A DNA stretch of 64,000 nt from Psammoneis japonica. Its lineage: Eukaryota. The notes below the pieces were generated by a model that was given only the letters and a program-made list of their open reading frames with translations, made no database searches and was not told the origin of the DNA. A program made the position numbers and the translations under genes. The DNA lies in the NCBI GenBank assembly GCA_008632985.1, contig QPGO01000009.1, positions 682,001 to 746,000 on the forward strand, read 5' to 3'. Shown in pieces: positions 10,813 to 23,297 of this stretch. Within the stretch, counting starts at the first letter, position 1; the number at the start of each line of letters is the position of its first letter.

Positions 10813-12855
10813 ATGATGAGGTTGTGGTGGCCGTTGTTGCTACTCATTGCTCTTGAGTTTGTAAAGCCTATTTTTGGGTTTGGAATACCCATTCGTCGAA
10901 ATCGTGGGGTATCTTTAATTCCTCTTGATGAAACAAACGACAGCAATTTTGATAATCCTCCCGACAAGGAGGAGTCTTCAGGCGGAATAAGCGACAGCGA
11001 CGTCGGTAGCAAAAACGAGGAACTGCTTTCGCTTTCGGAATTTTTAGAAATTGCAAATGCAGCGAAATCTCCGTTGGAAGAAGAATCGCCTGGCAATTCA
11101 GTGAAAGAGGAAAAATTGGATAGCCAGGACTACCAGACATCTCTGACGGTGCATCAACAATTGAGAATGAGCATGATGTTCCAGAGCCAGAGGATCCATA
11201 CAGAGTAGCAGCTACGAGTGAAAGCAGCCAATCTGAACGAGGCCCTGCAGACTCTGTGCAAGACATTACGGTAGGAAAAGAGGAATTCCTTGGCACCGCA
11301 CAAGAAGCTGCGGCGCTGGAAGTGGTCGCAGATGCAGTATCAATCAATGGCGAAACTTTGGAATCGCTGGAGGAGTCGACCGGAGTACCATTGGCTGCGA
11401 GTGAAACCTCTCCATCTGAAAGAGAGTTTACAGATGCTGAAGAAGCGATTATGTTGGACAAAGACGAGGAATTGATTGACACTACCAACGAATGGGTTGC
11501 AATGGAAGAAGAAGCGGCAGACGATGACTTCGTGATCGCGCTTGATGCCGAGATGCCAGATTACGATTCAGTTGTGGGTTCTCTCGACATGGCAGTAGGC
11601 ATAGCTGGGGACAAGAGTCTATTAGAATCGGAAGCAAGCTCTGTTGAGCCGATTGTTGACAATGCTGTAGCGAGTGAAAGCGATGAAAATATCAAGCCAG
11701 ATGATGCGAGCAGAAATGACGGGGCGATTTTCTCCTCGGGGAAAGACGTTCCAGTGCCAATCATGGTTGATTCTGAAAGTCTTGATAAAGAACCGTTTGA
11801 AGAACCCGCAGCAACAATATACGAGGAAGAGCTGCCGGTATCATTAGAGACGGATGGTGACGCCGCCTCGAAGTCCATAACGCCACAGAACACGGATAAC
11901 AGTCTCATTGGAAAAGAGGTCGTGTCCGACTTTGATAGTCGAACTGGAGAGCAAACCGAGGAACCTGCAACAGCAATCGATGAACAATGCCGTCGGTATT
12001 GCTTGAGAAAGCATCTTCGGCACCAGATATGGATATAAGTCGCACTGAAAAGGAGGAGATTGAGTCGGCGGTGGGGGCCATCCCTCCACCAGTCCTGGTC
12101 GACTCTGTTAGCCGCATCACAGAGCAATTTGAAGAACCTGTAGCAACGAAGGGTGAGGAAGCTGGTGACGCTATTGAGAAAGCCTTGTCGCCGCAAGGTT
12201 TGGATGGTAGTAGCACAGAATCATCTTCGGCTGTAAACGACGCTGCTGAGGAAAGTCGCAGAAATGCTGAATTACTCAAGGAGTCTGGAGAGCAATTGGC
12301 CAAGGCGGCGGTCGCGACCGGCAAAGCTGCTGCGGCCGCCACTCTTTGGGGTGTCAAGAGCGCCTCGGCGGCGGCCAAGTGGGCCAAACAACAGCAAGAC
12401 CAAGCCAAGGAACGCAAGAGAATCTTGGAGGAGCAGAAGCGGAAGCAAGAGGAGAAGCGACGAATCGAAGAGGAAATCAAATTTAAGAAGGACCGATTGG
12501 AAGAATCATATCAAGAAGCCAAGATCAGAATTGATGAGAAGCGCATGGAAGAAGAGAAGGCCGCCCTGGACAAGTTAGATCGAAAAGCCGAAGCTGAGAG
12601 AAAGGAGATTGAAGAGCAAATGCATCCGTCAAGGCAAAAGCTCTCGATGAGATTCGTAAGCGAGCAGAGCAAGAGAAGGAGCGCCTCTTGAGTCAGATAT
12701 CCGTGAGTATGACGGATGAAGAACTTGATGACCTCCTCGCTGGCTTTACACTAGCAGATACTGCGCAAGATGCAAATGCTGCTGCCGAAGCACCATCAGA
12801 GACACAATTGGGCTCGCCAAAATCTACACCGCTTTTCTTTGTCGACGATGCGTGA
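10813..12855 (+). CDS. Acidic, low-complexity/coiled-coil protein with signal peptide, split by about 3 frameshifts
   Basis: Consecutive E/D/S/A-rich ORFs 10813..11208, 11256..12038 and 11987..12691, with a tail ending PLFFVDDA* at 12855. Frameshifts are either assembly errors or pseudogenisation. Confidence 0.6.
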
Positions 12856-13453
12856 GCATAGAAATTAAGAATGAATGACACACTGCGCGATTGGTGAACA
12901 AAGCTTGGGGAAAATTTGTCCAGCCTCAAGAATGCTGTGTCGGTCATGGTGGCCAAAAAGCATTTAGGGCACTCGTACTGCAGTAAAGAGTTGAAAACTA
13001 TAGAATATAGGGATTGTAATTATGCATAAATAATTTTCCTCTTTACTAGGCTAACAGCGCCATCACGAACAAAACCGCATGACGGTCGGGCATCATGACA
13101 GCACATTCTACCACTAACAATCGAGATTTCTAGATTCGTAACGCTGATACGACGTTGACTCACTTTTTTTTAAATGATGATTCACCATCATCTGTCGCCT
13201 TCGAAGGTAGTGAATCATGGCGCATGGCTCAGCGACCAGCGACACCGGAACCACGAGCGCGAAACCCAGGTCAGTCGGGCGAGTCAGCCGCGTTCAAGAC
13301 TGACTCACCCGTACATTTGTACGAGATTCTACGCTTGAGTCGTGTGCTGACGAGGGAATTGATTCAGTGCTTCAACAACAGCTTCATTTGACGGTTTTGT
13401 TGCCGATTGTCTCACAAATCGCAAAAGCAAACACAACACAAACCTGATACACA

Positions 13454-14386
13454 ATGAAATTCTCCGCAGCAGCAGCACTCGCCCTCCTTTCGGCATCTAC
13501 GGTGTCGGCGTTTACACCGAGCAGCTCTTCGTCCAGAGCCGCCTCCTCTTCGGCGGTGAAATCCTCAATTGGTCGTATGGAGCAAGAGACACAACCGCAA
13601 CAACCACAAGACAACAGACCAATCTATGACCCATTCGGTCTCTACCCTGAAGACGCCGCGGAACGTATTGAAGGCAGGGTACAACCTCTTGAGCCCCCAG
13701 TCGATCCAGACCGAACAGTGAAGGACCCATTGAACTTGTACAGGGACAGTTCTGTCGTTGACGACAAACCCATGTCTGCGTCGCTTCCATTTCTTAAGCG
13801 CCCAGCAATGCTCGAAGGCGTTCCTGGTGATAGAGGCTTTGATCCTTTTAACTTTTCATCCAATCCGAATGCTCTCCAATGGTACCGAAACGCCGAGATC
13901 AAACATGCTCGTTTGGCAATGTTGGCGGCGGTTGGTTGGCCACTCTCGGAACTCTTTGACAAGAACCTTGCCTCCATGTTTGACTTGAAGCCACTCTTAG
14001 TCTTTCAGGACCGCGTTCCTTCTGTATTGAACGGCGGACTCGACCGAACGCCGCCTGCCTACTGGGCAGCCGCCTTGGGAATTGCATTCGCCATTGAAAC
14101 TCTTGGATTCGTGAAAGAGCAACAGGCTATGGAACAAGGCAAGTTTGCAACACCAGGCGATCTTGGTTTTGATCCTCTTGGTTTGGCTGGTGACTCGGTG
14201 GACCGACGCAAGTATATGGCAGAGGCTGAAATTTTCAATGGACGATTGGCAATGATGGCTATTACGTCTTTTGCTCTTCAGGAATGGTGGTTCGAGAACT
14301 CGATTGTAAATCAATTCCCAATCTTCTTCAAGCCTATCAACGTTGCCCTTGAACAATTGCAAGACCAGGCCGCCGGTCCTTTCTAA
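13454..14386 (+). CDS. Light-harvesting (fucoxanthin-chlorophyll a/c binding, Lhc family) protein
   Basis: Bipartite presequence ...VSAFTP; PGDRGFDP, AEIKHARLAMLA, PGDLGFDPLG and EIFNGRLAMMA motifs. Confidence 0.95.
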   Translation: MKFSAAAALALLSASTVSAFTPSSSSSRAASSSAVKSSIGRMEQETQPQQPQDNRPIYDPFGLYPEDAAERIEGRVQPLEPPVDPDRTVKDPLNLYRDSSVVDDKPMSASLPFLKRPAMLEGVPGDRGFDPFNFSSNPNALQWYRNAEIKHARLAMLAAVGWPLSELFDKNLASMFDLKPLLVFQDRVPSVLNGGLDRTPPAYWAAALGIAFAIETLGFVKEQQAMEQGKFATPGDLGFDPLGLAGDSVDRRKYMAEAEIFNGRLAMMAITSFALQEWWFENSIVNQFPIFFKPINVALEQLQDQAAGPF

Positions 14387-14699
14387 GCGCGATTTTCAGT
14401 TTGAGTTTAGGTGGCACTAGAATATGAACGAATAAAATTAGACTTTATATATCAAACTAAGAAGAATCTTGTCGTTTCTCTAGCAATCGCAACCCGAGTG
14501 AACTTGTTTTATCATATTGTTGTTGTCAGAAGACATGTAGTTAAGCCGTACTCATACAGTGCTGTGCGAAAACGCTGTTGCTAGCTATTCTAAATTCGAC
14601 GGTGCTTCGTCGGCCAAACGCGTCGCGGTTCGCGCGTGCTCGCGATTTCTTGGACAAGGGGCGGCGTCTGCGATTGGCACGGGCCAAAGTGGAGGGCGC

Positions 14700-16850
14700 C
14701 CCACCTCGTTGGACACCCAGCAGTCGATCAAGCCACCGTGGTGGGACAAGCGCACGACATCGAGGACAATCGATTTGTGCCTTTGGCATGCTCACAGTGG
14801 GCTGCAAAGAGATGGAAACCCTGGAGAAGGAATTGTGTCAACAAGTGGGGCACACACCGAGATTGGGGGGGAGGCTTTGCCTCGACGGACGGGATTTGTG
14901 TGACGCCCTCTCTCTGCCCATGACAAGGAGTGGAAAGATTGTGTGCACCACATTTCATGCAAAATTGTCACTGGTGAAGTGGGGTCCTTGGGTGATGTGA
15001 ATGCCCTGGTGGACCTGTCCATTGTTGACACCTTGATTGAAAAGATGAGCACACCAAATGAGCGGGCAAGAAGCAAGAGAAAAGGCTGTGCATGGGTGAG
15101 AGGGCAGCAAAGCAAGAGACTGTCTCCCATGGAAACAAGAGAACAAGCTGCATCAGCACTCAAGTGGGTTTGTGAGGTCTCCTGTGGTCAAATCATTTTT
15201 GTCAGGAAAAGTCGTCGTCGACCCCCCGAGAGGAGAGCAGTGTGATGAAGTCACAACTGGCACAAAACAGCTGTTGATTGCTGACAAAGTTGCAGCACAG
15301 CATTGCCTTGCTCCTTGGAAAAGACACTGGGTTTCTCCATGATGACACAATGAAAAATGTCAGGGTTGTTTTGAGCTTGTGTCAAAATGTTGGTGGCCCA
15401 AAGAGCATCTGGCACTGAGTCATCCCCAAACAACTTGAGGACATTTTGTTGAATCTTTTGGTGGTCCTCAATTTCTGCCTGGAGGTCATCCCTCAGCCAG
15501 TGCAAACCACAAATTGCATGTCTCAATGGCAGTGTTTTGCTTCATGCCTTGCACCCAGACATCCACCCCATCTTTGCCAAAGCAGTTTCCATGGGTGTTC
15601 AACCATTTAAGAGTTTTCTTGCCTCTGGGCATTGGGCTGGTGCCATGGCTCATTTGTCTCCAATGGAGAATCTGACAGATTTTGCTGTTCTGTTGAACTG
15701 CAGCCGTGCTCCAGTGCAATCTTCGCCTTGATCTCCAATGCTGTTCAAGAAGGCGAGGTTTTTTTGTTGTTGTTTGAGGCTGGCTCAATGTTTTGAACAG
15801 ATCTTTTGTGCCATCTGAGCCAACCCCACAGGCTTGCTCTGTTTGGCATGTTGAACTCCTTCAAATTTGATTGTTTTGAAATTGAAAGGTGGGTGCATGC
15901 ACAAAAAAAAGTTTTGTGCATCACACTTGCCCTTGTTCAACTTGGGAAAAAATTGAATTTGAGCAAGAGTGATGGGAGTCGAGCCTGTGCGCATCACCTG
16001 GAGCTGGAACAGGCCAAAACAAGTGAGATCTAAACAATGGGTCAATCACTTGAGAGAAAAAAAAAGGTTTTTTTCAACAAACATGCAGTGTGCCTTCGCT
16101 TCCAATCAGGCCTTTTTTTGTCATTGTCGCAGAAGCACAGAACGTCAGGACTCTCAGCTCTGGAAGAAACAAGAGTGTGCTTCAGACAAAAGCACAACAC
16201 CCTCTTGGTCAATCTTGGCCTGTTCCAGCTCCAGCTGAAGCACAATCCATGGCATGAGAGGCCAATTTTTGGTGCAGTTTGGCACGTTGAGCTTCTTCAA
16301 ATTTGATCGTTTCAAAAATCGAAAGGTGAGCCTGCACAAAAAAATGAAATTTTCATGCACACGCGTCCTTCAATTTGGGAAAAATGATTTTGAGTGAGTT
16401 TGTTGTGCCAAATCATGCAAAAGTGGGTGCCGGTGATGGGAGTTGAGCCGGCGCGCATCACCTGGAGCTGGAAGAGGTCTCTCATTTCCATGCAGACAAA
16501 GCTCTGAAACAATGCATTCTTGATGAAGGATGGAAGTTTTCAGCACAAGTTCTTGAGTTCAGCTGTCTCAGGAATGCTTGTCTTGTGACTGACCCAACCA
16601 ACCTCTCAATCGGCGAGACAGCCCTTGGCTCATTGTCTTCCTTCCGGACGCTGTCCTCCAGATGATCTCTGAGAGACTCTCTCATGATGATTTTGCTTGG
16701 GATTCAAAACCACACCAACAGTCGATGGTTGGGATGAAATGGGAGAGCTTTCAGTGCTTGATCGAGTTTTGGGTTTTGGTGTTGTGAATGCGAAGAATTT
16801 TTCCAGTCGTGACTGTGCCACAGCAGGACTTCATCGCCGCAGGGCATCCA
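14700..16850. mobile_element. TpA/CpG-depleted repeat domain with nested direct and inverted repeats (probable DNA-transposon relic)
   Basis: Direct repeats 15845-15911 vs 16281-16346 and 15969-16010 vs 16433-16474; perfect 20-bp inverted pair 15998-16017 vs 16215-16234; TA almost absent. Confidence 0.55.
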
Positions 16851-17048
16851 CTGCACCCTGATTGTCAAAGGAACCAAGTCGTTTTCGTTGAAAGAACCGA
16901 CACACCAACACGCCGATCGATTGCACTCACGAAAAAAACGAGAAACGCCAAGGGCGAAGCAGATGTCGAAGAAGACGATGACACTCGCGCAAAGCACAAC
17001 ACTAAACGCATCCAACCAATGAAATAGCACAACAGTGAAGGCATCACC

Positions 17049-17732
17049 ATGTCCATCCGACAAGTAGTACGCCGATATGAGCTTGAGTTTAATCCGCAAA
17101 AGGAATTTCAGGGGTCCATTCCAGAAGCCATGCTCGAGGATGAGTCGTCGGACGAGCGTCACCGAATCCATCGGCAGTGGGCACAATTCACCGTTTCGGT
17201 CAACGCCATGCGCAAAACGAGACGAAAACGAATGGTAAACAAGAACTTACACAAGGCGATCTTTTTGACAGGCATGGAAAACCTTTGTAAAAGCTTTTCG
17301 AGACGGCATTTGAACATCAAGGTGGAATTCAAGAAACATACGTCAAACCGCAAGTTGTATAAATTGGAGCTGGTGAGAATGTCACAAGTTCCTGAATCGA
17401 GTCTGAATGCTCCATATTATGTAGCCGATATACCTCAACTCGTACCTGAAATCGAAGTCGAAGCCGAGCTTATAATTGGAGACGAGGAGGGTGAGAGGCG
17501 CTCCGAATCCCGAGCAGTCTCAGAAGGTTTGGTGACGGCTCAGATTCTTTCGATGACAACAGTGGACGAGCCAATCGTTAGAATTGTTAGCGTAGAGGAA
17601 TCGGAAGCCGGTTCCCAGACGCCCTTTGCGTTTCAAGTGTTAAGAATAGAGGATGAAAAGGACGGGCACGACAATCCCGAGGACGACTCGACTCCTCTGA
17701 TGAGAGTAGTCCTCGATCCCACGAGCTCCTGA
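17049..17732 (+). CDS. Hypothetical protein, possibly the 3' part of a gene whose 5' part (16788-17027) is separated by a stop
   Basis: 227-aa ORF of normal composition, in frame with upstream ORF 16788..17027 across a TAG. Confidence 0.5.
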   Translation: MSIRQVVRRYELEFNPQKEFQGSIPEAMLEDESSDERHRIHRQWAQFTVSVNAMRKTRRKRMVNKNLHKAIFLTGMENLCKSFSRRHLNIKVEFKKHTSNRKLYKLELVRMSQVPESSLNAPYYVADIPQLVPEIEVEAELIIGDEEGERRSESRAVSEGLVTAQILSMTTVDEPIVRIVSVEESEAGSQTPFAFQVLRIEDEKDGHDNPEDDSTPLMRVVLDPTSS

Positions 17733-18234
17733 AGGCAATTCCAAACAATCGAAGGCAGCAGTCTTGCTATAGACTTTGCTCTAGTAGAATCGGAGCCCTC
17801 CGTTCTCACAGAAAACATACCTCCCGATGTATACTATTCAGAAATTTGAACATCGACTATGAAATATCACATGGATAGCTTGTTGTGACGAGTGCGCCTC
17901 CGATTGCTTCACTAAAAGAAAAATTACTCGTTCCCTGGTTATTGCGCTTCGCTTTCCAACTGGACAAGGAACATACCCGGACAGAGGTCGAACGTATATA
18001 GCTGCCATGCGAGCGAACCGTGTGGAGCGTTCTCCCGCAATCCAGACCGCGTCTGATCTTTGCTGTCCGCCTCGAGACCTGGAGGCACAATGAACTCATC
18101 CTCAAGATACCGAGGTACATAAGTTGTGCAGTTGTAGGAGCATACCCAAAGAACAAAAGAGAGTAAAAGATCCATTTGAAGCGTTGCCAAAACACTAGCT
18201 CAATCGCCCTTTTTAAATTCTTAGAAAATAACTC

Positions 18235-18693
18235 TTACATTATTTCACAGCCATCTTGTTGAAACGATATGGCTGGTGCATGCTGTTCCTCCGGCGCAAG
18301 CATGGTTACTTGTAAACCACCGTGTCCAGCAACGACAAGATCATTATGTTGCAAATCAATAATACCCTTGTACTTCCGCAACTGATCTAATCCCAATAAC
18401 AGTAACTGTTGTTGAGTCACACCGAGCACGGTTTAATCCATAAGAAATTCGACATTGGCCAGCTGTACAATGACACCAAAAATCTTTCCAACAAACCTCG
18501 CTTGTCCGACACCATTGGCAACTCCGACGTGTCGATTGTCAATGCGTGATTCCCATTGCAACCGTTTGGCCAAATCCAACGAAATCACAGACGAACACGC
18601 ACACGAATCCACCATCAATTCGACACAAATGCCACGAATCACACACGGGACCATGCACATGTGACTTGGTTGTTGCTGTTGCATGGAGCCCAA
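18235..18693 (-). pseudogene. DDI1-like retroviral-type aspartyl protease domain with an in-frame stop
   Basis: MCMVPCVIRG.CVELMVDSCA.SSVIS...GVANGVGQARFVGKI and LLLGLDQLRKYKGIIDL; in-frame TAA at 18433-18435; DSG motif changed to DSC. Confidence 0.7.
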
Positions 18694-19902
18694 AAGGGAA
18701 GAGAGTGAGGAGGGAACAAGGTGCTGTTTCGAGAATATGGCTCTTGACGACGACGAGACGCTGCTATGGAAGAAGCATCGTGCTGCACCACATAATTGTT
18801 GTTGCTGTTTCTTCTAATGGCTTGATGATGATGATCATTGGCTACTAGAAAAGGCGTGGAATCGGAAAAGTATCATCGTATTATTGTTGTCAGACGACAT
18901 GTAGCTACTTCTACCAAAACGCTGTTGCTCGCTAGTCGACTCACTCACTCCTCCCAGATCCTTCGTGCGACGACGGCCGAACAAGAGTCTCTGCGGTGCT
19001 ATTGGGTACTAGAAAAGGCTTGGAATCGAAAAAAAGACCGTGATAACGTAGATTTTGGCAATTTCCCAACTTCTAACAAGGCAGAAAAACCACCCCTACC
19101 TCTCATTTTCATACAACCACGCATTCCCTTCCCTCCCTCGATTACAACTCGGCACGTCTGTCTCGTGTTGGCCCTTGCCGAGGATCGCTGACGACAAAAT
19201 CGTGAGTTTTCTGCATTTTCACATGTCATGTAACCCAAAAACGCCCATAAAACGGGTTATTTGACCCGCAAGGACGCTGCCTTTGCCCATTGCACTGCCA
19301 TCGCTGAATCGGGCGTAACAAACTTAGTCGAAAACGACCCTGAGTTAACCGAGATCGGTCAAAAATGATTACGATATCCAAAAAGTACTTAAGCCTATTC
19401 AAGCCTATTCAAGCCTACTTTGGTGCATGGGATGGTGCGAGGCCGGAAGAGACGGCTGAAAGCACAGGTGTCGCCATGGTTTTTCGCGTCGAGTTTTTCT
19501 GGATCGTTTCTTCAGCTTCATTCACGTGGGAGCTCGTGACGACCTCGTACGTAATTTCCTACGCGATCTACGTACCGTACTGTATGTACAAGGATGGGCA
19601 TGCTTCGCAATGCGCGCTGTCGCGCGACTTCTTCGCAACTGGCGTCTGCCTGCTACCCGATTTTCAAAAACAAAAACATTCCGGAACATTCGAATCCGCA
19701 TGCATGATGAATCAATTTTTGGAATTGGCATCCGTCATCTATCCCACGTGTTAGTTGGGTGTTGGGTGTGACATACCATACAATGCTGTTCGTCAGCGCA
19801 ACAAGTCGATGAGCACATACATACGATTGACAAATCTAAAGACAACAGCGTCGTTTCACCCAAGCCTCGTATTAAGGTTAGGTTAAATTGATTTTGTTCA
19901 AG

Positions 19903-21556
19903 ATGGCTGAAAATAACAACAATGAGAGCATAGCACTGTCTCAAGCAGAAATCACGCCGGTTCCAAGTCCGGTGGTTTCCCCGAAAAAGACGGTGGGCAA
20001 TGCCAATAGCAGTAGCAGCAGTTTAAGAGAAGCCATGTCTGAGATAGGTACTCCCCTTCCTGGTCCACGCAAAGCGATGAGTGGTGAAGCTGTAGCCAAG
20101 GATGAAAGCCGACGCACAAAGATTCTTGTTCGGGTCTTTTCTGGAGCTCTCATGGTACGTAAGATCGTGTATGTGTCGACTTGAAGCACTCGCCACGACT
20201 TAATAATGTTTGGCCTTGTGTCGTGTAGGTATTGACCTTTGCAGCTCTCTTGTACAGTGGGCATATTTATGTATGTGGGCTTGTTGCACTTTCAGAGTTA
20301 CTTTTGGTAAGTCCTCTGAAGTCTGATTTGAAGTGCCGAAAGTGAGCGTAGTCCCTCATCTCTGATGTTCTTTTTTTTAGTTTCGTGAATTGGTTCGGGT
20401 TCGATACAATACATATTTCAATACCATTCAAGATACAATCCCTCTCTTTCGAACGACTCAGTGGATGTGGTTCTTTGTAGCAATCTTTTACACCTACGGC
20501 GACTTTGTTTCAGACATGATCAAATCCAACACGGCACTGCACAAGCTCAGCTTTTATGCACAGTTCAGCATTCCCTTTGCCTTTATTCTCTACAGCGGCG
20601 CCTTTGTGTTGACGATTGCAACCATGCAGACGGGGCATATCAAGTTTCAATTGAATCAACTGTGTTGGACAATTGTGGTTTTGTGTTTAACCGTCGGGCA
20701 GCTCAAGTACATTATGCACAATATTTACAATGGGCTCTTTTGGTTTGCCTTGCCCATTTTGTTGGTGGTGACCAATGACATCATGGCCTATGTGTCGGGC
20801 ATGACGTGTGGACGTAAGTTTATTCAGCGACCCTTTATATCGTTTAGTCCCAACAAAACGTGGGAGGGTTTTATCGGGGGCGGCATTTGTACCATGATTG
20901 CAGCGTGGTTCTTGTCACGGTACTTGGCGCAATTCACGTGGATGACGTGTCCCACGAACGAGTTTACACTTTGGTCGGATGTTTTGGAGTGTGACTTGGA
21001 TCCCATCTTTCATGAGTCTTACAATATCTTTCCGCCGCAAATGTTTGAGCTGCTGCCGGATGCGTTGGTGAGGATGATTCCTGGTATTGTGGAGATTTGT
21101 TCGGTCCATAGCGAGGATGGTGGTGCAGATTCCTTTTTGACGGCGTGTGTTTCGGGAAACCCGAGTCATTCGCATGATCACTTTGAACTCGTCATTAAAA
21201 ATGTCTATCCCGTGCAAATCCACGCTCTGAGTTTGGCACTCTTTGCTTCCCTCGTGGCTCCCTTTGGCGGATTCTTGGCTTCGGCCATTAAGCGTGCCTA
21301 TGGTATCAAGGACTTTGACTCCATCATTCCTGGTCACGGCGGTGTCATGGACCGAATGGATTGCCAGTTTCTCATGGCGCTGTGTACGTGGGTGCACTAC
21401 AATACCTTTGTGAAAATGGCAACCGTCAGCGTGCCGAAGATGCTGTACATGTATAACTTGCTGAGTGAACAGGAGCAAGTGGAATTCCTGGAGCAGATAT
21501 CCAAGGTTGCGGCGGCTAACAAGAAATTTATGAACGTGGAAGAGTATGCATTTTAA
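19903..21556 (+). CDS. CDS1: Phosphatidate cytidylyltransferase (CDP-DAG synthase), 3 exons (about 19903-20154, 20229-20306, 20381-21556)
   Basis: SPNKTWEGFIGG, FGGFLASAIKRAYGIKDF and IPGHGGVMDRMDCQ motifs; GT-AG introns visible. Confidence 0.95.
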
Positions 21557-21939
21557 AGCACAACAACACAGTAGGGTAGGAATGGGGACGAGTATTACAC
21601 GCGAGGTTAACGAAGGCAGTACGACGGGAAGAAATAGCGCACTCAAACAAAATCATAAAATCTAATACAGCGACACAAAAAGACTGTACTGATCTTTCAC
21701 TTAGAGAATTTCTTATGCTGCCGTACGACTTCTTCTCACTCAAAGTCTTCTGCGGTAGCTAGCTAGCAAGCTAAGCAAGCTTAACCTTGATGTCTGCCGA
21801 TCTTCCGTGTCGGCGGCAATTTTCAATTTCAAAAAAGTCAAAATCAAAATTGGACGCAGGACAGCGCATGACCAGAGCAAAAGCCTGACAAGTGGCAAAA
21901 GGATCCGGCGAAAACCAAACTTTCATGTGAAGACCCACC

Positions 21940-22956
21940 ATGATGAAAGCTTGGTTTATGCTGCTGGTCTTCTGTAATGGTACTACTTGTGCCTTTACCC
22001 CGACGCAGAGTCAGCAAAGGTTCCAGAGAGACAGGGTAGAATGCGCATCGGTGGGCAAAATCGCTTCGGTTGTCGCAGTGGCTCTCGCAATCCCATCAGG
22101 TGTTAAGTTGGTGCGCCAGGGTGATGTTGCACTGGTGGAGCGATTGGGAAAGTACCAGAAATCCCTCGAACCGGGTCTTCACTTTATTATACCTTTTGTT
22201 GATCGCATCCGCAAGCGAATCACCAAACGAGAGCAGGTTTTTGATATTCCGCCGCAGCAGTGCATCACGAGCGACAATGCGCCCTTGACAGCGGATGCAG
22301 TTGTGTACTGGCGTGTCTTTGACGCCACCAAGGCAACCTATTCTGTTGTTGACTTATCTCTTGCCATTCAAAACTTGGTTCTTACACAGCTACGCGCAGA
22401 AATTGGCAAACTCACCTTGGACGAAACCTTTTCGGCTCGTGAACAAATCAACGCGGTCTTGTTAAAAGACTTGGATGTGGCGACGGATCCTTGGGGAATC
22501 AAAATTATGCGAGTCGAAGTTCGTGATATTATTCCCAACAAGGATATTATGCAAGCCATGGAGCTTCAAATGGCCGCCGAGCGCACCAAGAGGGCTTCCG
22601 TGATAAAGTCAGAGGGGGAACGCGAGGCTGCCATCAACGCGGCGCAGGGTGTAGCTGAATCTCGAGTCATTGACGCCAAGTCCAAGGCAGAGGCAACCAA
22701 ACTGCAAGCCGAAGCGGAAGCGACAAAGCTAGAAAAAGAAGCAGAGGGTGTTGCGAGAGCGCTGCAGGCAGTAAATGCAGAGCTCGAAAATCCAAATCAG
22801 GCGTCTCAGTTTCAACTCATGCGAGAATACATTGCTGCCAAACGAGACTTGTGGACTAGCGAGAATGCCAAGGTGGTTGTGACTTCGGATCCAACTAGTG
22901 ATATTCTAGGGAAAGCTTTGGCCTTTTATGATTTGAAGGAAGACGGATTGAAGTGA
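21940..22956 (+). CDS. SPFH/stomatin-like (band 7) protein, probably plastid-targeted
   Basis: VERLGKY..LEPGLHFIIPFVD, Q.CIT.DN, LRAEIGKLTLDETFS.RE.IN, AMELQMAAER.KRA; N-terminal TCAFTP. Confidence 0.92.
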   Translation: MMKAWFMLLVFCNGTTCAFTPTQSQQRFQRDRVECASVGKIASVVAVALAIPSGVKLVRQGDVALVERLGKYQKSLEPGLHFIIPFVDRIRKRITKREQVFDIPPQQCITSDNAPLTADAVVYWRVFDATKATYSVVDLSLAIQNLVLTQLRAEIGKLTLDETFSAREQINAVLLKDLDVATDPWGIKIMRVEVRDIIPNKDIMQAMELQMAAERTKRASVIKSEGEREAAINAAQGVAESRVIDAKSKAEATKLQAEAEATKLEKEAEGVARALQAVNAELENPNQASQFQLMREYIAAKRDLWTSENAKVVVTSDPTSDILGKALAFYDLKEDGLK

Positions 22957-23000
22957 CAGTAGCGATGTCAGCAGATTTCCTCCTACTGATTGTAACGCAA

Positions 23001-23052
23001 AAAATGCGTCTGACGATTCCCTAGTCAAAATGCGTCTGACGATTCCCTAGTC
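23001..23052 (+). repeat. Perfect 26-bp tandem duplication
   Basis: aaaatgcgtctgacgattccctagtc x2. Confidence 0.9.
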
Positions 23053-23297
23053 TATTCTCAATTACGCAACGATAAGAAGCTTTATTGCAAGCTCTAGTTG
23101 CTCGTCTAAGAAATCTTTCGCGAGAAGGGATCACGGTCTTAGGATCTCGACGCGTCGTCCCTGTGGACCTACGGAAATGCCCACTCGTCCGTTGCTTTCT
23201 TGTGAATCCCAATAGCACAACGGTAGGAAAGATGGGAAGAAACAAAATATCTACTACTCCTCATCTGAGCTCCAAAGTCTCTACATCACTGGAGGAA

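Noticed and set aside
10813..12855. Programmed frameshifting in host genes (also near 25800 and 27850)
   Set aside because: No slippery-site or structure evidence; scattered single indels are better explained by assembly error or decay.
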